Shown: positions 53,622 to 63,483, counted from the stretch's first letter. The stretch: DNA of 64,000 bases from Helicobacteraceae bacterium (GCA_015493495.1 WGDB01000033.1:7479-71478), one strand, 5' to 3'. Program-made: numbers and translations. The notes: a model not told the origin generated them from the letters alone.

Positions 53622-55115
53622 ATGAAGACCTTATCCATTAGAAACCTAACGTACCGATACCCGAGTTCTGAAACACCTATTTTTAATGGTATTGACTTGG
53701 ACATTGAAGAGGGGTGGAGTGTTGTTACTGGGGTTAATGGCTCGGGTAAAAGTACGCTTTTAAAACTCATCTCTAAAGAGCTTAACAGTGAAAAAGGGAT
53801 GATCAACGGCAATGACCTGGTGGTCTATTGTGCTCAGAGTACGGAGTTTGCTCCTGAAGAGCTAGAAGAATTTATGTCGACTTATACCAAAGAAGCCTTT
53901 AAACTCAGAGACCTTTTAGGCGTTGATGATGCGTGGTTGGGTGCTTGGGATGTTCTGAGCCATGGTGAACGTAAGCGCTTGCAACTTGCGGTGGCCCTTT
54001 CGGCTGAGAGTGATGTGTTGATGGTGGATGAACCGACCAATCATCTTGACCAGAAATCACAGGCTATCGTTATCGAAGCGTTAAAAAGTTTTAAGGGCAT
54101 TGGTATTTTAGTGAGCCACGACAGAACACTGCTCGATGCACTCTCACAACAGACGATCATGATCAAAGCGGGTGAAGTCTTAAAATACAGATCGAAATTT
54201 TCTTTGGCACAAGAAGCGTATGGACAGACCCTTTCTCATAAGAAAAAAGTGCGCAGCGAACAGGAACATGAGCTTAAAAAGTTAGGCAGGCGTGTTCAGC
54301 TTGAACGAGAAAAGGTCTCTCTCGCCAAACAACGGTTTTCTAAAAAAAATGTTGGCAGGTTTGACAGTGCTGAAAAAGAGAAGATCAATGGTGCTATTTT
54401 TACAGGCAAAGACAAAAAAGATGGGCAGATCCTACAGAGTTCTATGACTAAGCAGCGTCAGTTAAGTGAAAAGATGGGTACGGTTGCAAAAGAGTATGCA
54501 ACGGGTATCAGTTTTGAGGGAGAGGTCTCTAAACATCATTTCCCACTCTCAGTAGAAAAGTCCTGCATCCCTCTTTTTGAGAGTACAGAACTCTGTTTTC
54601 CACGCCTTTCCATAGATGTTGGTGACAAAGTGGGCATTAGTGGAGAAAACGGTGTGGGTAAAAGCAGTTTTATAAACTATTTTGTGGAAAAGGTAGATTT
54701 TCAACATGAGTACCTTTACATACCCCAAGAGATTACCGACAATGAAGCCGAAAAACTGTTTGAAGATGTGGGTGACTTGAACAGCGAAGAGAAGGGGGAA
54801 CTCTTTACCCTTGTACAGCGCTTAGGCTCTGATGCAAAAGCACTGCTGCAAAGCAGTGTTCCAAGCCCTGGAGAGGTCAGAAAGCTCTTAATCGCTCGTG
54901 GACTCTTGCAACATCCCTCTCTCATTATTTTGGATGAACCAACTAACCACATGGACTTGGACTCTATAGTCTCTTTAGAAGCTTCTTTACAAGCCTACAA
55001 AGGGGTTTTGGTCTTTATAACACATGACAAGACTTTTTTAGAGAACATCAGTACAAAGCAGTGGGTGTTTGAAAAAAGTGAAAAAGAGCGTTACAGTGTG
55101 CAAGAAGTTTTGTAG
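53622..55115 (+). CDS. ABC-F type ATPase (two NBDs, no TMD)
   Basis: 497 aa. NBD1: GVNGSGKST, LSHGERKRL, LMVDEPTNHLD. Charged linker. NBD2: GENGVGKSS, PSPGEVRKL, LILDEPTNHMD. Confidence 0.88.
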   Translation: MKTLSIRNLTYRYPSSETPIFNGIDLDIEEGWSVVTGVNGSGKSTLLKLISKELNSEKGMINGNDLVVYCAQSTEFAPEELEEFMSTYTKEAFKLRDLLGVDDAWLGAWDVLSHGERKRLQLAVALSAESDVLMVDEPTNHLDQKSQAIVIEALKSFKGIGILVSHDRTLLDALSQQTIMIKAGEVLKYRSKFSLAQEAYGQTLSHKKKVRSEQEHELKKLGRRVQLEREKVSLAKQRFSKKNVGRFDSAEKEKINGAIFTGKDKKDGQILQSSMTKQRQLSEKMGTVAKEYATGISFEGEVSKHHFPLSVEKSCIPLFESTELCFPRLSIDVGDKVGISGENGVGKSSFINYFVEKVDFQHEYLYIPQEITDNEAEKLFEDVGDLNSEEKGELFTLVQRLGSDAKALLQSSVPSPGEVRKLLIARGLLQHPSLIILDEPTNHMDLDSIVSLEASLQAYKGVLVFITHDKTFLENISTKQWVFEKSEKERYSVQEVL

Positions 55116-55133
55116 GTATCTTTAAAAAATCAT

Positions 55134-55193
55134 GATGAGATGATCGTTTTTGAAAACACGATCAGGGAAGACTTGATTAAGCCTAAACTATAA
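55134..55193 (+). repeat. Orphan, diverged copy of the 3' end of the 52330-52983 gene
   Basis: It encodes DEMIVFENTIREDLIKPKL-stop, against DEMIAFENIIREDFRPIKV-stop at 52924-52983. The first 25 nt are identical except for one position. No start codon or upstream coding sequence. Confidence 0.8.
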
Positions 55194-55240
55194 ATTATAG
55201 TTTTATACTTAGAAAGTATTACATACCTATTGGAGAAGAT

Positions 55241-56956
55241 TTGAAACAGATTGTTCTAATTTTTTTTGCACTTCTTTTTTTTACAACACTGAACGCTGAA
55301 GTACTGACTCTTAGTTGTGATAAAAAAGAGGAAAAGGGATTTTATAACTATCTTCAATATTATAAAGATGTAAATGCCTCGATATCTACTAAAAACAGTT
55401 TAGAGATCTCTCAGGTTGACTTTACCCATCTGGATAGACCCAATGCAAACCTTGGCTTAAGTTTTCAAAACAGAGCTTTATGGTTGAAGTTCAGTTTAAA
55501 AAACAGTTGTCCTAACACGCAGCAGAGAGTACTTTTTTTAAAAAAAATAACAAATAAGAGTATAGAACTATATGAGGAAAACGGGGAGCGATTTGTTGAA
55601 ATAAAAAAGACACCATCAGTCAATAATGCTTATTATGATCTGAGTATAGACCCTAATGAGACCAAACGCTATTACCTGCGTCTTATTGGAGATGGCCCTT
55701 ATATTATTGCATCTGAGCTGATCGATAGTAGAAAAGCTATCGAGGAAAGTTACATAAGTGGTGCGTTTTTCTTCTTCTTTACTACCTTTGTCTCTATCGC
55801 TATTATTGTATATCTGTTGATCTTTATATTTTTAAGAGAGGTGATATACCTTTATTTCTCTTTGCATATAAGCTCGCATCTGATGCTTTGGCTGAGTGTG
55901 TATGGTGTTTTTACGGCGGTAGAGCTTTCGCTGGTCAAAGTCATCTCTATTTTTATCTCTTCTACCTTTATCACTTTACTGAGTTTTGAGATCCTGCAGA
56001 CACGTAAATATATGCCTGGACTTTCCAAGGTCTTGCTGGCGTTTCTGTTTTTTATGAACTTCTATTTCTTCGTCGGTTTTTATCTTGATTGGATCGAGTT
56101 TTATGCGCCTATTTTTGGTATCACCTCTTTTATTACCTATATGTTGATCATTGCCTCTATTTTAGGAAGTATTAAAAGGGGATCGAAAAAAGTGATCTAC
56201 CTTCTTTTGGCTGTCATTGGTTATATCTTAGGTTATTACATCACGGTTGTGGGTGTTTTTACCTTAGGCAAGATTCCTGTTAATGATTTTACACTCTATG
56301 CAGGTATGATGGGTGCGATTATAGATATCGTTTTTGTCTCCCTGGCTTTTATACATATGGCAGAAAAGACGTATCATGATCAGAGAAAAAAATTGCTGGA
56401 GTACAGCAGATCGCTTGAAGGTACGGTTCAGGAGCGTACACTGAAGATCCAGGAACAAAATAGTTTGCTTCATCTTCAGGCTATTACCGATACCTTGACC
56501 CAACTGCCAAATCGGCTTGAGCTTGATCGATACTGTACATCGGCTTTTGCAGATCGTGGTCATTCAGAAAAAGAGTTGTTCGCTCTTTTGATAGATATTG
56601 ATAACTTTAAACAGGTAAATGATGTTTATGGGCATCTTTTTGGAGATGCCGTCTTAAAAACGATTTCCAAAGTGTTGCTCAAAAGTTTAAAAGAGAGTGA
56701 TATGGTAGGACGATGGGGCGGTGATGAGTTTCTTGTGGTTGTCCATGTCTCTAAAGCAGATGATATAGCCATGATCGCAGAGCGTGTCCGAAAAAATGTC
56801 AGAAATAAAGAGCTTGAGCATAATGTCAGGATAACGATCAGTCTAGGTGTCAGTAGTGCTCGTGATAAAAAGAGTATAGGGTCATGGATACAAAGTGCTG
56901 ATGAAGCACTCTATAGAGCTAAAAAAAGAGGAAAAGATCGAGTTGTTTTTTCTTAG
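55241..56956 (+). CDS. 7TM-receptor (7TMR-DISM-like) diguanylate cyclase
   Basis: 571 aa. Signal peptide plus periplasmic domain, 7 TM, then GGDEF domain (RWGGDEF). The I-site position reads KESD. Confidence 0.85.
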   Translation: MKQIVLIFFALLFFTTLNAEVLTLSCDKKEEKGFYNYLQYYKDVNASISTKNSLEISQVDFTHLDRPNANLGLSFQNRALWLKFSLKNSCPNTQQRVLFLKKITNKSIELYEENGERFVEIKKTPSVNNAYYDLSIDPNETKRYYLRLIGDGPYIIASELIDSRKAIEESYISGAFFFFFTTFVSIAIIVYLLIFIFLREVIYLYFSLHISSHLMLWLSVYGVFTAVELSLVKVISIFISSTFITLLSFEILQTRKYMPGLSKVLLAFLFFMNFYFFVGFYLDWIEFYAPIFGITSFITYMLIIASILGSIKRGSKKVIYLLLAVIGYILGYYITVVGVFTLGKIPVNDFTLYAGMMGAIIDIVFVSLAFIHMAEKTYHDQRKKLLEYSRSLEGTVQERTLKIQEQNSLLHLQAITDTLTQLPNRLELDRYCTSAFADRGHSEKELFALLIDIDNFKQVNDVYGHLFGDAVLKTISKVLLKSLKESDMVGRWGGDEFLVVVHVSKADDIAMIAERVRKNVRNKELEHNVRITISLGVSSARDKKSIGSWIQSADEALYRAKKRGKDRVVFS

Positions 56957-57137
56957 ATTTTTATCAAAGTAAAAGTATTTTACTAAAATAAAGATAGATT
57001 TTCATGTGAGTTGATCTTTGAATTTAGTTATGGACAAAGCGGTTGAGAAGCAAAAAAACATAATAATAGTGATTAATCATAATAGAAGATTTTCTTATAA
57101 GAATGTAGGTGATAAGATAGACTTTTAAGGAGTCTAT

Positions 57138-58181
57138 ATGTCAGATAAAGAGATAGAAGTACTACAACAAGAAAATAGTGAACTCAAAGCATTGATCGTC
57201 CAGTTTAAGCGTCTGTTGGACTCTATACCCGATCCTGTTTTTATGAAAGATGAGGGCCTGCATTGGATCTATGGCAATCCTGTTATATTAGACCTTTACA
57301 GTATTGACAGAGATAATTATGTAGGTAAGACTGAAGACCAATTACTGCCTAAAGAGTTTGCAGACTCTTGCATGGAAAGCGATCGTCAGGCAGTGGCTAA
57401 AGGGACGATCAGCAAGTCAGAAGAGCGGGCGAGAGATGCTGAGGACAACATCCATTTTTATGAGGTCTTTAAGGTACCCAGCTATAATCCAGAAGATGGT
57501 GTCTTTTTAGGACTCATAGGGGTAGGACGGGATATCACAGAACGTAAGGCAGCGCAAGAAGCGTTAGAAGTAGAAAACAACAAACGTAAAGAAAATGAAA
57601 AAGAGCTGCGTGAATTGACAGAGACTCTAGAACAGAAGGTTCTCCAACGGACAGAAGAGTTAAACAGACAACGCATTAAAGCAGAATATCTAGCGACCGT
57701 AGATGTCTTGACCGAACTGAACAATAGACGTGCTTTTTATGAAAAAAGCATTGCTGTTCATGAAGAGGCAAAGCGTTATGGACATACTTACAGTGTCATA
57801 GTTCTGGATGTTGACCTTTTTAAAAAAGTCAATGATACCTATGGTCATGCTGTAGGAGATGAAGCCTTAAAGATGTTGGCGTCTATTATCAAGAATGCAT
57901 TAAGAGAGAGCGATGTAGAAGGACGTGTTGGTGGAGAAGAGTTTGCCATTACCTTGCCAAATACAACAGTAGACGGTGCCGTAGAGTTGGCACAGCGTAT
58001 ATGCAACAAGGTAGAACAGAGTACGCTTGATTATAAAAATAAAAAGATACTCTTAACAGTCAGCCTTGGTGTGAGTGAGGTCAAACCAGGGTATGAGTGT
58101 TTTGATGAACTTGTAGCCAAGGCAGACAAAGCCCTCTACTTGGCAAAAAAATCTGGTAGAAACTGTGTCATGGTACAGTAG
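57138..58181 (+). CDS. PAS / coiled-coil diguanylate cyclase
   Basis: 347 aa. PAS-like N-terminus (IPDPVFMKDE...), then a coiled coil, then GGEEF with an RESD I-site. Confidence 0.88.
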   Translation: MSDKEIEVLQQENSELKALIVQFKRLLDSIPDPVFMKDEGLHWIYGNPVILDLYSIDRDNYVGKTEDQLLPKEFADSCMESDRQAVAKGTISKSEERARDAEDNIHFYEVFKVPSYNPEDGVFLGLIGVGRDITERKAAQEALEVENNKRKENEKELRELTETLEQKVLQRTEELNRQRIKAEYLATVDVLTELNNRRAFYEKSIAVHEEAKRYGHTYSVIVLDVDLFKKVNDTYGHAVGDEALKMLASIIKNALRESDVEGRVGGEEFAITLPNTTVDGAVELAQRICNKVEQSTLDYKNKKILLTVSLGVSEVKPGYECFDELVAKADKALYLAKKSGRNCVMVQ

Positions 58182-58227
58182 AAAACGCTTTACAATAATA
58201 GGATAACTCGAGCTTTTAGAAGTACCC

Positions 58228-59334
58228 TTAATGAAATACGACCCTGTTACGCCCTGAACTTTTAGCCTCATAAAGTGCTTGGTCAGCCCTCTTTATGATT
58301 TTATTTATGGTGTCATTTTTATGAAAAAGGGTGACACCTATACTGGCCGTCTGTTTGCCGACCTTTTTGAACTGATGGTCTTCTATTTTTTTGCATAGTT
58401 CATGAGCGAGTTTTAATAATTCCTCTTTTTTAATGTCGAGATAAACAATGATAAACTCTTCACCACCCCACCTAACCGCGATGTCATTGACTCGGAGGTG
58501 CTCTCTCAGCAACTCAGCGATCTCAATCAGTACTTCATCACCTACCTGATGACCATAGGTATCATTGATATCTTTAAAGTAGTCAAAGTCTATGAGTATC
58601 AGACCAAAAGGACTCTCATAACGCTGAGAACGTTTCAGCTCTTTTTTAAGCAAAATGTCAAGTTTACTACGGTTAAAAAGCCCTGTTAGTTTATCGGTGT
58701 CTGCTAAAAGCTTTAGATACTCTTGGTGGACAAAGATGGTTTTATAAGAGTGTTCCAAAAGGAAAGCAGCTAAAAAACCAAAAGAGAAAGAAGAGAGGAG
58801 CCAAAAACAGTGCATAACAAAGTCTTCGAGTGGCAGGTTGAAATATAAAACAAACATAGAACATGTAGTAGCCACTATAAGGCTAGCACTTATAGTCGCA
58901 GGCCAAAGTCGTAATCCCGAAACCGTGAAAACCCAAAAAATGATAAGATAGATCTCCGTTAGGCGCATGGCAGGATGTTCTAAATGAGTCGTGACTAAAA
59001 GATTCCCAACCGTAGCAACAACAGGTGCTGTCATCAACAACAGTTGTGTCAAAGATATAAACTGTTTTTTAAAGGTCAGCAAGAAGATGGAAAAAAGAAA
59101 TGGCGGTAAAATATAGAGATGAAAAAGGGTGAGTTGGCTTAAGATCTCAGGTGGTGCTATAAGATGGTCTGTAATAGTAGCAACAATATATAAAATGGCA
59201 GTCAATGCAGATATGGCACGTACATGTATAAGTTTAGACTTACGTATCCAACGTTCATATGACTTTTGTGTCTGTGTATCATTAAAGTCAATAACTGGTG
59301 AAAGAGCGATGTCGTTTAAAAGTTTATCTTTCAT
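58228..59334 (-). CDS. Membrane-sensor diguanylate cyclase
   Basis: 368 aa. About 6 N-terminal TM segments, then GGDEF domain (RWGGEEF) with an RVND I-site. Confidence 0.88.
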   Translation of the reverse strand: MKDKLLNDIALSPVIDFNDTQTQKSYERWIRKSKLIHVRAISALTAILYIVATITDHLIAPPEILSQLTLFHLYILPPFLFSIFLLTFKKQFISLTQLLLMTAPVVATVGNLLVTTHLEHPAMRLTEIYLIIFWVFTVSGLRLWPATISASLIVATTCSMFVLYFNLPLEDFVMHCFWLLSSFSFGFLAAFLLEHSYKTIFVHQEYLKLLADTDKLTGLFNRSKLDILLKKELKRSQRYESPFGLILIDFDYFKDINDTYGHQVGDEVLIEIAELLREHLRVNDIAVRWGGEEFIIVYLDIKKEELLKLAHELCKKIEDHQFKKVGKQTASIGVTLFHKNDTINKIIKRADQALYEAKSSGRNRVVFH

Positions 59335-59463
59335 ATTCTAACCTGTGTACTGAGTAGTAGATGATATCGTAAAAAAATGAAGAAGTATTATGTAAAAATA
59401 GATTCTATTTTAAGATTAGACAAAATCTAGTATAATTCGCACAATAAAACTAAGGTAATAACT

Positions 59464-60381
59464 ATGGCAACTTATATTTTTGGACACACTAGCCCCGACT
59501 CTGATTCTATTGTAGGTGCGATCTCTCTTTCGTATTTAAAAAACCAACTTGGTGAAGAGTGTATACCTACCCGTCAAGGTGAGATCTCTGCAGAGACAGC
59601 GTTTATTTTAAAGACTTTTGGTGGTACTGCTCCAGAACTCAAAACCTCTGTAGCAGGTGAAAAAGTCTATATCATTGATTTTTCTGACTATGCACAGGCA
59701 CCTGCAGACATGAAAGAAGCAACACTTCTTGGTATCGTCGATCACCATAAATTGGGTGATATCACTACCGACACGCCACTAGAGTGCTGGATCAGACCGA
59801 TAGGCTGTTCAAACACTGTCGTTTATGAGATGTACAGATCATATGGTGTTGAGATCCCTAAAGATATAGCAGGGATGATGATGTTAGCAATCCTTAGTGA
59901 TACGGTTATCTTCAAGTCACCAACCTGTACCAAGGTAGACACTAAGGCAGTTAAAGAGCTTGCGAAGATCGCGGGTGTTGAAGACTATAAAGCCTTAGCT
60001 ATGGAGATGTTCATCGTCAAATCGGCAACAGAAGGTGCCAGTGCAAGAGATCTTAATACCCGTGATTACAAGCCGTTTGACATGAATGGTTCTAAAGTAG
60101 GTGTTAACCAGTTAGAAATGATCGACATCTCAGCGTTAGATGCTAGAAAAGATGAGATCTTTGAAGACATGAAGAAGATGAAAGAAGAGGAAGGTCTTCA
60201 CACTATGATCGTTCTTTTGACAGACATCATGAAAGAGGGCTCACAGATCTTAGTGGTGAGTGATGAACCATCAAAGATCGAGACGGGCCTTAACCTCAAG
60301 CTAGAAAACAATGAAGCATGGCTTGATGGTGTTCTTAGCCGTAAAAAGCAGATCATTCCATTTATCCAACCACAGTTCTAA
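59464..60381 (+). CDS. ppaC: Manganese-dependent inorganic pyrophosphatase (family II)
   Basis: 305 aa. DHH family motifs GHTSPDSDS and DHHKLGD, plus a DHHA2 C-terminus. Confidence 0.92.
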   Translation: MATYIFGHTSPDSDSIVGAISLSYLKNQLGEECIPTRQGEISAETAFILKTFGGTAPELKTSVAGEKVYIIDFSDYAQAPADMKEATLLGIVDHHKLGDITTDTPLECWIRPIGCSNTVVYEMYRSYGVEIPKDIAGMMMLAILSDTVIFKSPTCTKVDTKAVKELAKIAGVEDYKALAMEMFIVKSATEGASARDLNTRDYKPFDMNGSKVGVNQLEMIDISALDARKDEIFEDMKKMKEEEGLHTMIVLLTDIMKEGSQILVVSDEPSKIETGLNLKLENNEAWLDGVLSRKKQIIPFIQPQF

Positions 60382-60403
60382 GTCTACAGTTCTAACACAT
60401 ACG

Positions 60404-60497
60404 CGTCACTCCTGCGAAGGCAGGAGTCCACGAATTTGAGCCTCCATACGATTTAAAACATACAAACCGTTTGATTCCTGCCTCTGCAGGAATGACG
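60404..60497. mobile_element. 94-bp miniature inverted-repeat element made of two hairpins
   Basis: CGTCACTCCTGCGAAGGCAGGAGTCCA (60404-60430) against the rc of TGATTCCTGCCTCTGCAGGAATGACG (60472-60497). Each arm is itself an 8-bp hairpin: ACTCCTGC-gaag-GCAGGAGT and ATTCCTGC-ctct-GCAGGAAT. Confidence 0.65.
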
Positions 60498-60527
60498 AGC
60501 ACATTCACAATCACTCAAGGAAACCCC

Positions 60528-62276
60528 ATGTCAGAAAAAACATACATCAAAGGCAAAGACCTTGATCTCGAGACGACCATCGCTACCATGCATGAAAAGC
60601 TGAAACGGTGGGATATCCATGTAGAGGAAGCCTCTTGGCTTAACCCTGTGCCTTATGTCCATTCCCTGCATGTTCGTGATGAGAGTTGTAGCCTGATGTT
60701 TACCAATGGCAAGGGAACCACTAAAAAGTCTTGTCTTGCCAGTGCTTTGGGCGAGTACTTTGAGCGCTTGAGTTGTAACTACTTTTTTGCAGACTACTAC
60801 TTGGGTGAAGAGATCGGCAATGGTGACTTTGTGCATTATCCTAGTGAAAAGTGGTTTGAGGATGACGAGGGTGATATGCCAGAAGGTCTTTTAAACGAAG
60901 AACTTTGGAACTTTTATGATCCTGATGAAGATTTAGAACCTGAAAACATCTTTGACTTTAACTCGGGAGCAGGGGAGCGTGGTATCTGTGCACTCCCTTT
61001 TGTTTGTCAGAGTGATGGAGAGACAACATACTTTCCTGTCAACATCATCGGCAACCTCTATGTAAGTAATGGTATGGCAGCAGGTAACACCGAAAATGAA
61101 GCGCGGGTGCAGGCACTCTCTGAGATCTGTGAGCGTTATGCTAAAAACAAGATCATCTCTGAGATGATCACACTTCCACAGATACCTGCAGACGTGATCG
61201 CGCGTTATCCTCACATTGAGACCTCTATAGAGAAGTTAAAAGAGCATGGTTATAACTTACGTCTGTGTGATGCTTCTCTTGGTGGTCTGTTCCCTGTCAT
61301 CTGTGTGACCTTGATGAACCCAAAAGAGGGAACAGTCTTAGCCTCATTTGGTGCACACCCTTCATTTGAAGTGGCCTTGGAACGTACTGTAACAGAGCTT
61401 CTTCAGGGACGTTCCATCAACCAAAACTATGATTTCACTGTGCCTTCTTTCAACCGTGCCGAGGTAGTAGACAACAACAACTTAGTAGAACACTTTATCA
61501 ACTCTACCGGCTTGATCTCTTATGACTTTTTCATGAGTGAAAGTGACTATGAGTTTGTTGACTGGGATCATGATGCAAATACCGGAAGTGAGTTTGAATA
61601 CCTCTGTGAACTTATAGAGAACCAAGGTCATGAGATCTATATCATGGACTATGATCACTTGGATGTTTATGCATGCCGTATTATCGTACCGGGGATGTCA
61701 GAGATCTATGAGGTAGAAGATCTGCAGTGGTCTAACAACAATGAAGGGGCACACTATCGAGCGTACCTACTCTCTTTAGACCAGATGGGGCCAGAGGGTT
61801 GGGAAAGTGTTTTAGAAAACATTGAAGAAGATGACCTCTTGGATGTGCATAAGATCGCTGAGTTCATAGGGGTCGCTCCTGATGCAGGAACTCGCTGGGC
61901 CACTCTTCAGGTGGGTACCTTAAAAGGGATGTTGCATCTTGCTATTCAAGAGTATGAAGAGGCGGTCATCTGGAACAACTGGACACTTCATATGGCAGAC
62001 ATCAGTGCCAGTGAACGTCAACACCATAACTGTTTGGCGGCACTGCTTGAGATCGTCATGGATGATGAGAAGGTCTTTAGTCAGTATAAAAAGAGTTTGG
62101 AACTGCTTTATGGTGTAGATACTGTGACAGAGTGTATCGCCTTGATTCAGGGTGACAAGCATTTTCAAGGTCTGCACTTTCCCGGCCTGACGTTAGAAGG
62201 GTTTGAAAAGCATACTGCACTCTTAGAAGGTTATAAAAAACTTCAAAAAGCCAAAGCAGCCCAGCTTAAAAAATAG
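60528..62276 (+). CDS. ycaO: YcaO-type protein (E. coli YcaO-like, stand-alone)
   Basis: Start at ATG 60528, after AAGGA. KGKDLDLETTI...TNGKGTTKKSCLASALGEYFERLS and the overall length of about 580 aa match enterobacterial-type YcaO. The longer ORF start translates the repeat element. Confidence 0.85.
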   Translation: MSEKTYIKGKDLDLETTIATMHEKLKRWDIHVEEASWLNPVPYVHSLHVRDESCSLMFTNGKGTTKKSCLASALGEYFERLSCNYFFADYYLGEEIGNGDFVHYPSEKWFEDDEGDMPEGLLNEELWNFYDPDEDLEPENIFDFNSGAGERGICALPFVCQSDGETTYFPVNIIGNLYVSNGMAAGNTENEARVQALSEICERYAKNKIISEMITLPQIPADVIARYPHIETSIEKLKEHGYNLRLCDASLGGLFPVICVTLMNPKEGTVLASFGAHPSFEVALERTVTELLQGRSINQNYDFTVPSFNRAEVVDNNNLVEHFINSTGLISYDFFMSESDYEFVDWDHDANTGSEFEYLCELIENQGHEIYIMDYDHLDVYACRIIVPGMSEIYEVEDLQWSNNNEGAHYRAYLLSLDQMGPEGWESVLENIEEDDLLDVHKIAEFIGVAPDAGTRWATLQVGTLKGMLHLAIQEYEEAVIWNNWTLHMADISASERQHHNCLAALLEIVMDDEKVFSQYKKSLELLYGVDTVTECIALIQGDKHFQGLHFPGLTLEGFEKHTALLEGYKKLQKAKAAQLKK

Positions 62277-63213
62277 AGAGTCCTGTCTTTGTAGTAAAAA
62301 GCTCCAAGGCCTTTGTTCCCACTAAAGAATTTCCCTGCTCATTGAGTGCAGGAGAGAAAACAGCAATACTCATCTTCCCTGGCACAACAGCCACAATGCC
62401 ACCACCAACACCACTTTTACCCGGTAGACCCACACGAAAAGCAAAGTCACCCGAAGCATCATAATGGCCACAGGTCAACATTAGTGCATTGATACGTTTG
62501 GCCTGTGCAGCTGTGATCAATGTTTTGTGGGTGATAGGGTCGGTACCATCGTTGGCAAGGTAGAGCATAGAACGTGAGAGCTCATCTGTGTTCATCGTGA
62601 CTGAACATTGGGCAAAATAGGTCTCTAAGACCTCGGTAATGTCATTTTCCAAGTTACCAAAACTTTTCATCAAACTGGCAGAGGCCATGTTCCTGAAACG
62701 GTGCTCCATCTCAGAGTCTGCGACAATCTTGTCTATGTAGATCTCCGGGTTGTCCGCAGTTTTTTGGATAAAGTCAAGAATGGTTTGCAGTGTATGCTCT
62801 TTATAGTGTGAGACCAGACTATCAGCGACGACTATAGCACCAGCATTGATAAAAGGATTGCGAGGGATACCTGCTTCATACTCTAACTGTACCAAAGAGT
62901 TAAAAGGATCTCCAGAGGGTTCACGCCAGACCCGTTTGTAGAGTGCTGCTTGATAATGCCTGAGCGCTAACGTATATCCATAGACCTTGGAGATACTCTG
63001 TATAGAGAATTTTTGTCTATTTACTCCTATGCTATGACACGTCCCATCATTACAGGTGACACTCATGGCAAAATCTTTAGGATTGGCACTGGCAAGGGCA
63101 GGAATGTAATCTGCTACCTTGCCTTGACCTAAAAGCGGGGTGATCTCCTCTTGTATCTGCTGTAGAATATGTTGAATATCTATGATGTGCCCTTTATGGT
63201 AGTCTCTAATCAT
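62266..63213 (-). CDS. glsA: Glutaminase A
   Basis: Start at the internal Met (MIRDYHKG...). GKVADYIPALA, SISKV, NPFINAGAI and LPGKSGVGGGI motifs. Confidence 0.9.
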   Translation of the reverse strand: MIRDYHKGHIIDIQHILQQIQEEITPLLGQGKVADYIPALASANPKDFAMSVTCNDGTCHSIGVNRQKFSIQSISKVYGYTLALRHYQAALYKRVWREPSGDPFNSLVQLEYEAGIPRNPFINAGAIVVADSLVSHYKEHTLQTILDFIQKTADNPEIYIDKIVADSEMEHRFRNMASASLMKSFGNLENDITEVLETYFAQCSVTMNTDELSRSMLYLANDGTDPITHKTLITAAQAKRINALMLTCGHYDASGDFAFRVGLPGKSGVGGGIVAVVPGKMSIAVFSPALNEQGNSLVGTKALELFTTKTGLSIF

Positions 63214-63255
63214 TTTAGAGTAACCAACCTTGTATAATACTGCAAAAGGATTGAT

Positions 63256-63483
63256 ATGAATGATGATCACAAGGGCGTAAGCAATAATCCATTGCATGGT
63301 GTGAAGTTACAAGAGGTCTTAGAGACATTAGTGGCACATTATGGATGGAGAGAACTCTATAACTACGTTGAGATCCGCTGCTTTTATCTTGATCCAAGTA
63401 TTAGCTCAAGTCTGAAATTTCTTCGAAAGACCCCTTGGGCACGCAAAAAAGTAGAAGATTTGTACGTAGATCTAAAAAGTTAG
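63256..63483 (+). CDS. VF530/DUF2132 family small protein
   Basis: 75 aa. [21 protein letters not shown]...[36 protein letters not shown] 6 nt upstream. Confidence 0.8.
   Translation: MNDDHKGVSNNPLHGVKLQEVLETLVAHYGWRELYNYVEIRCFYLDPSISSSLKFLRKTPWARKKVEDLYVDLKS

Noticed and set aside
46435-55133. Prophage or ICE spanning the two islets
   Set aside because: The DNA between them (glnS, clpS, truA paralog) is housekeeping. No integrase, transposase, or phage or conjugation genes are visible. The two islets have unrelated flanking repeats and are better treated as separate small insertions.
60471-60527. N-terminal extension of ycaO (MIPASAGMTSTFTITQGNP)
   Set aside because: It is the translation of the hairpin repeat element. 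The ATG at 60528 has an RBS and gives the family-typical N-terminus.
62266-63297. Long form of glsA with a hydrophobic N-terminal extension
   Set aside because: The extension overlaps the RBS and start of the divergent VF530 gene. The internal Met gives the canonical glutaminase N-terminus.
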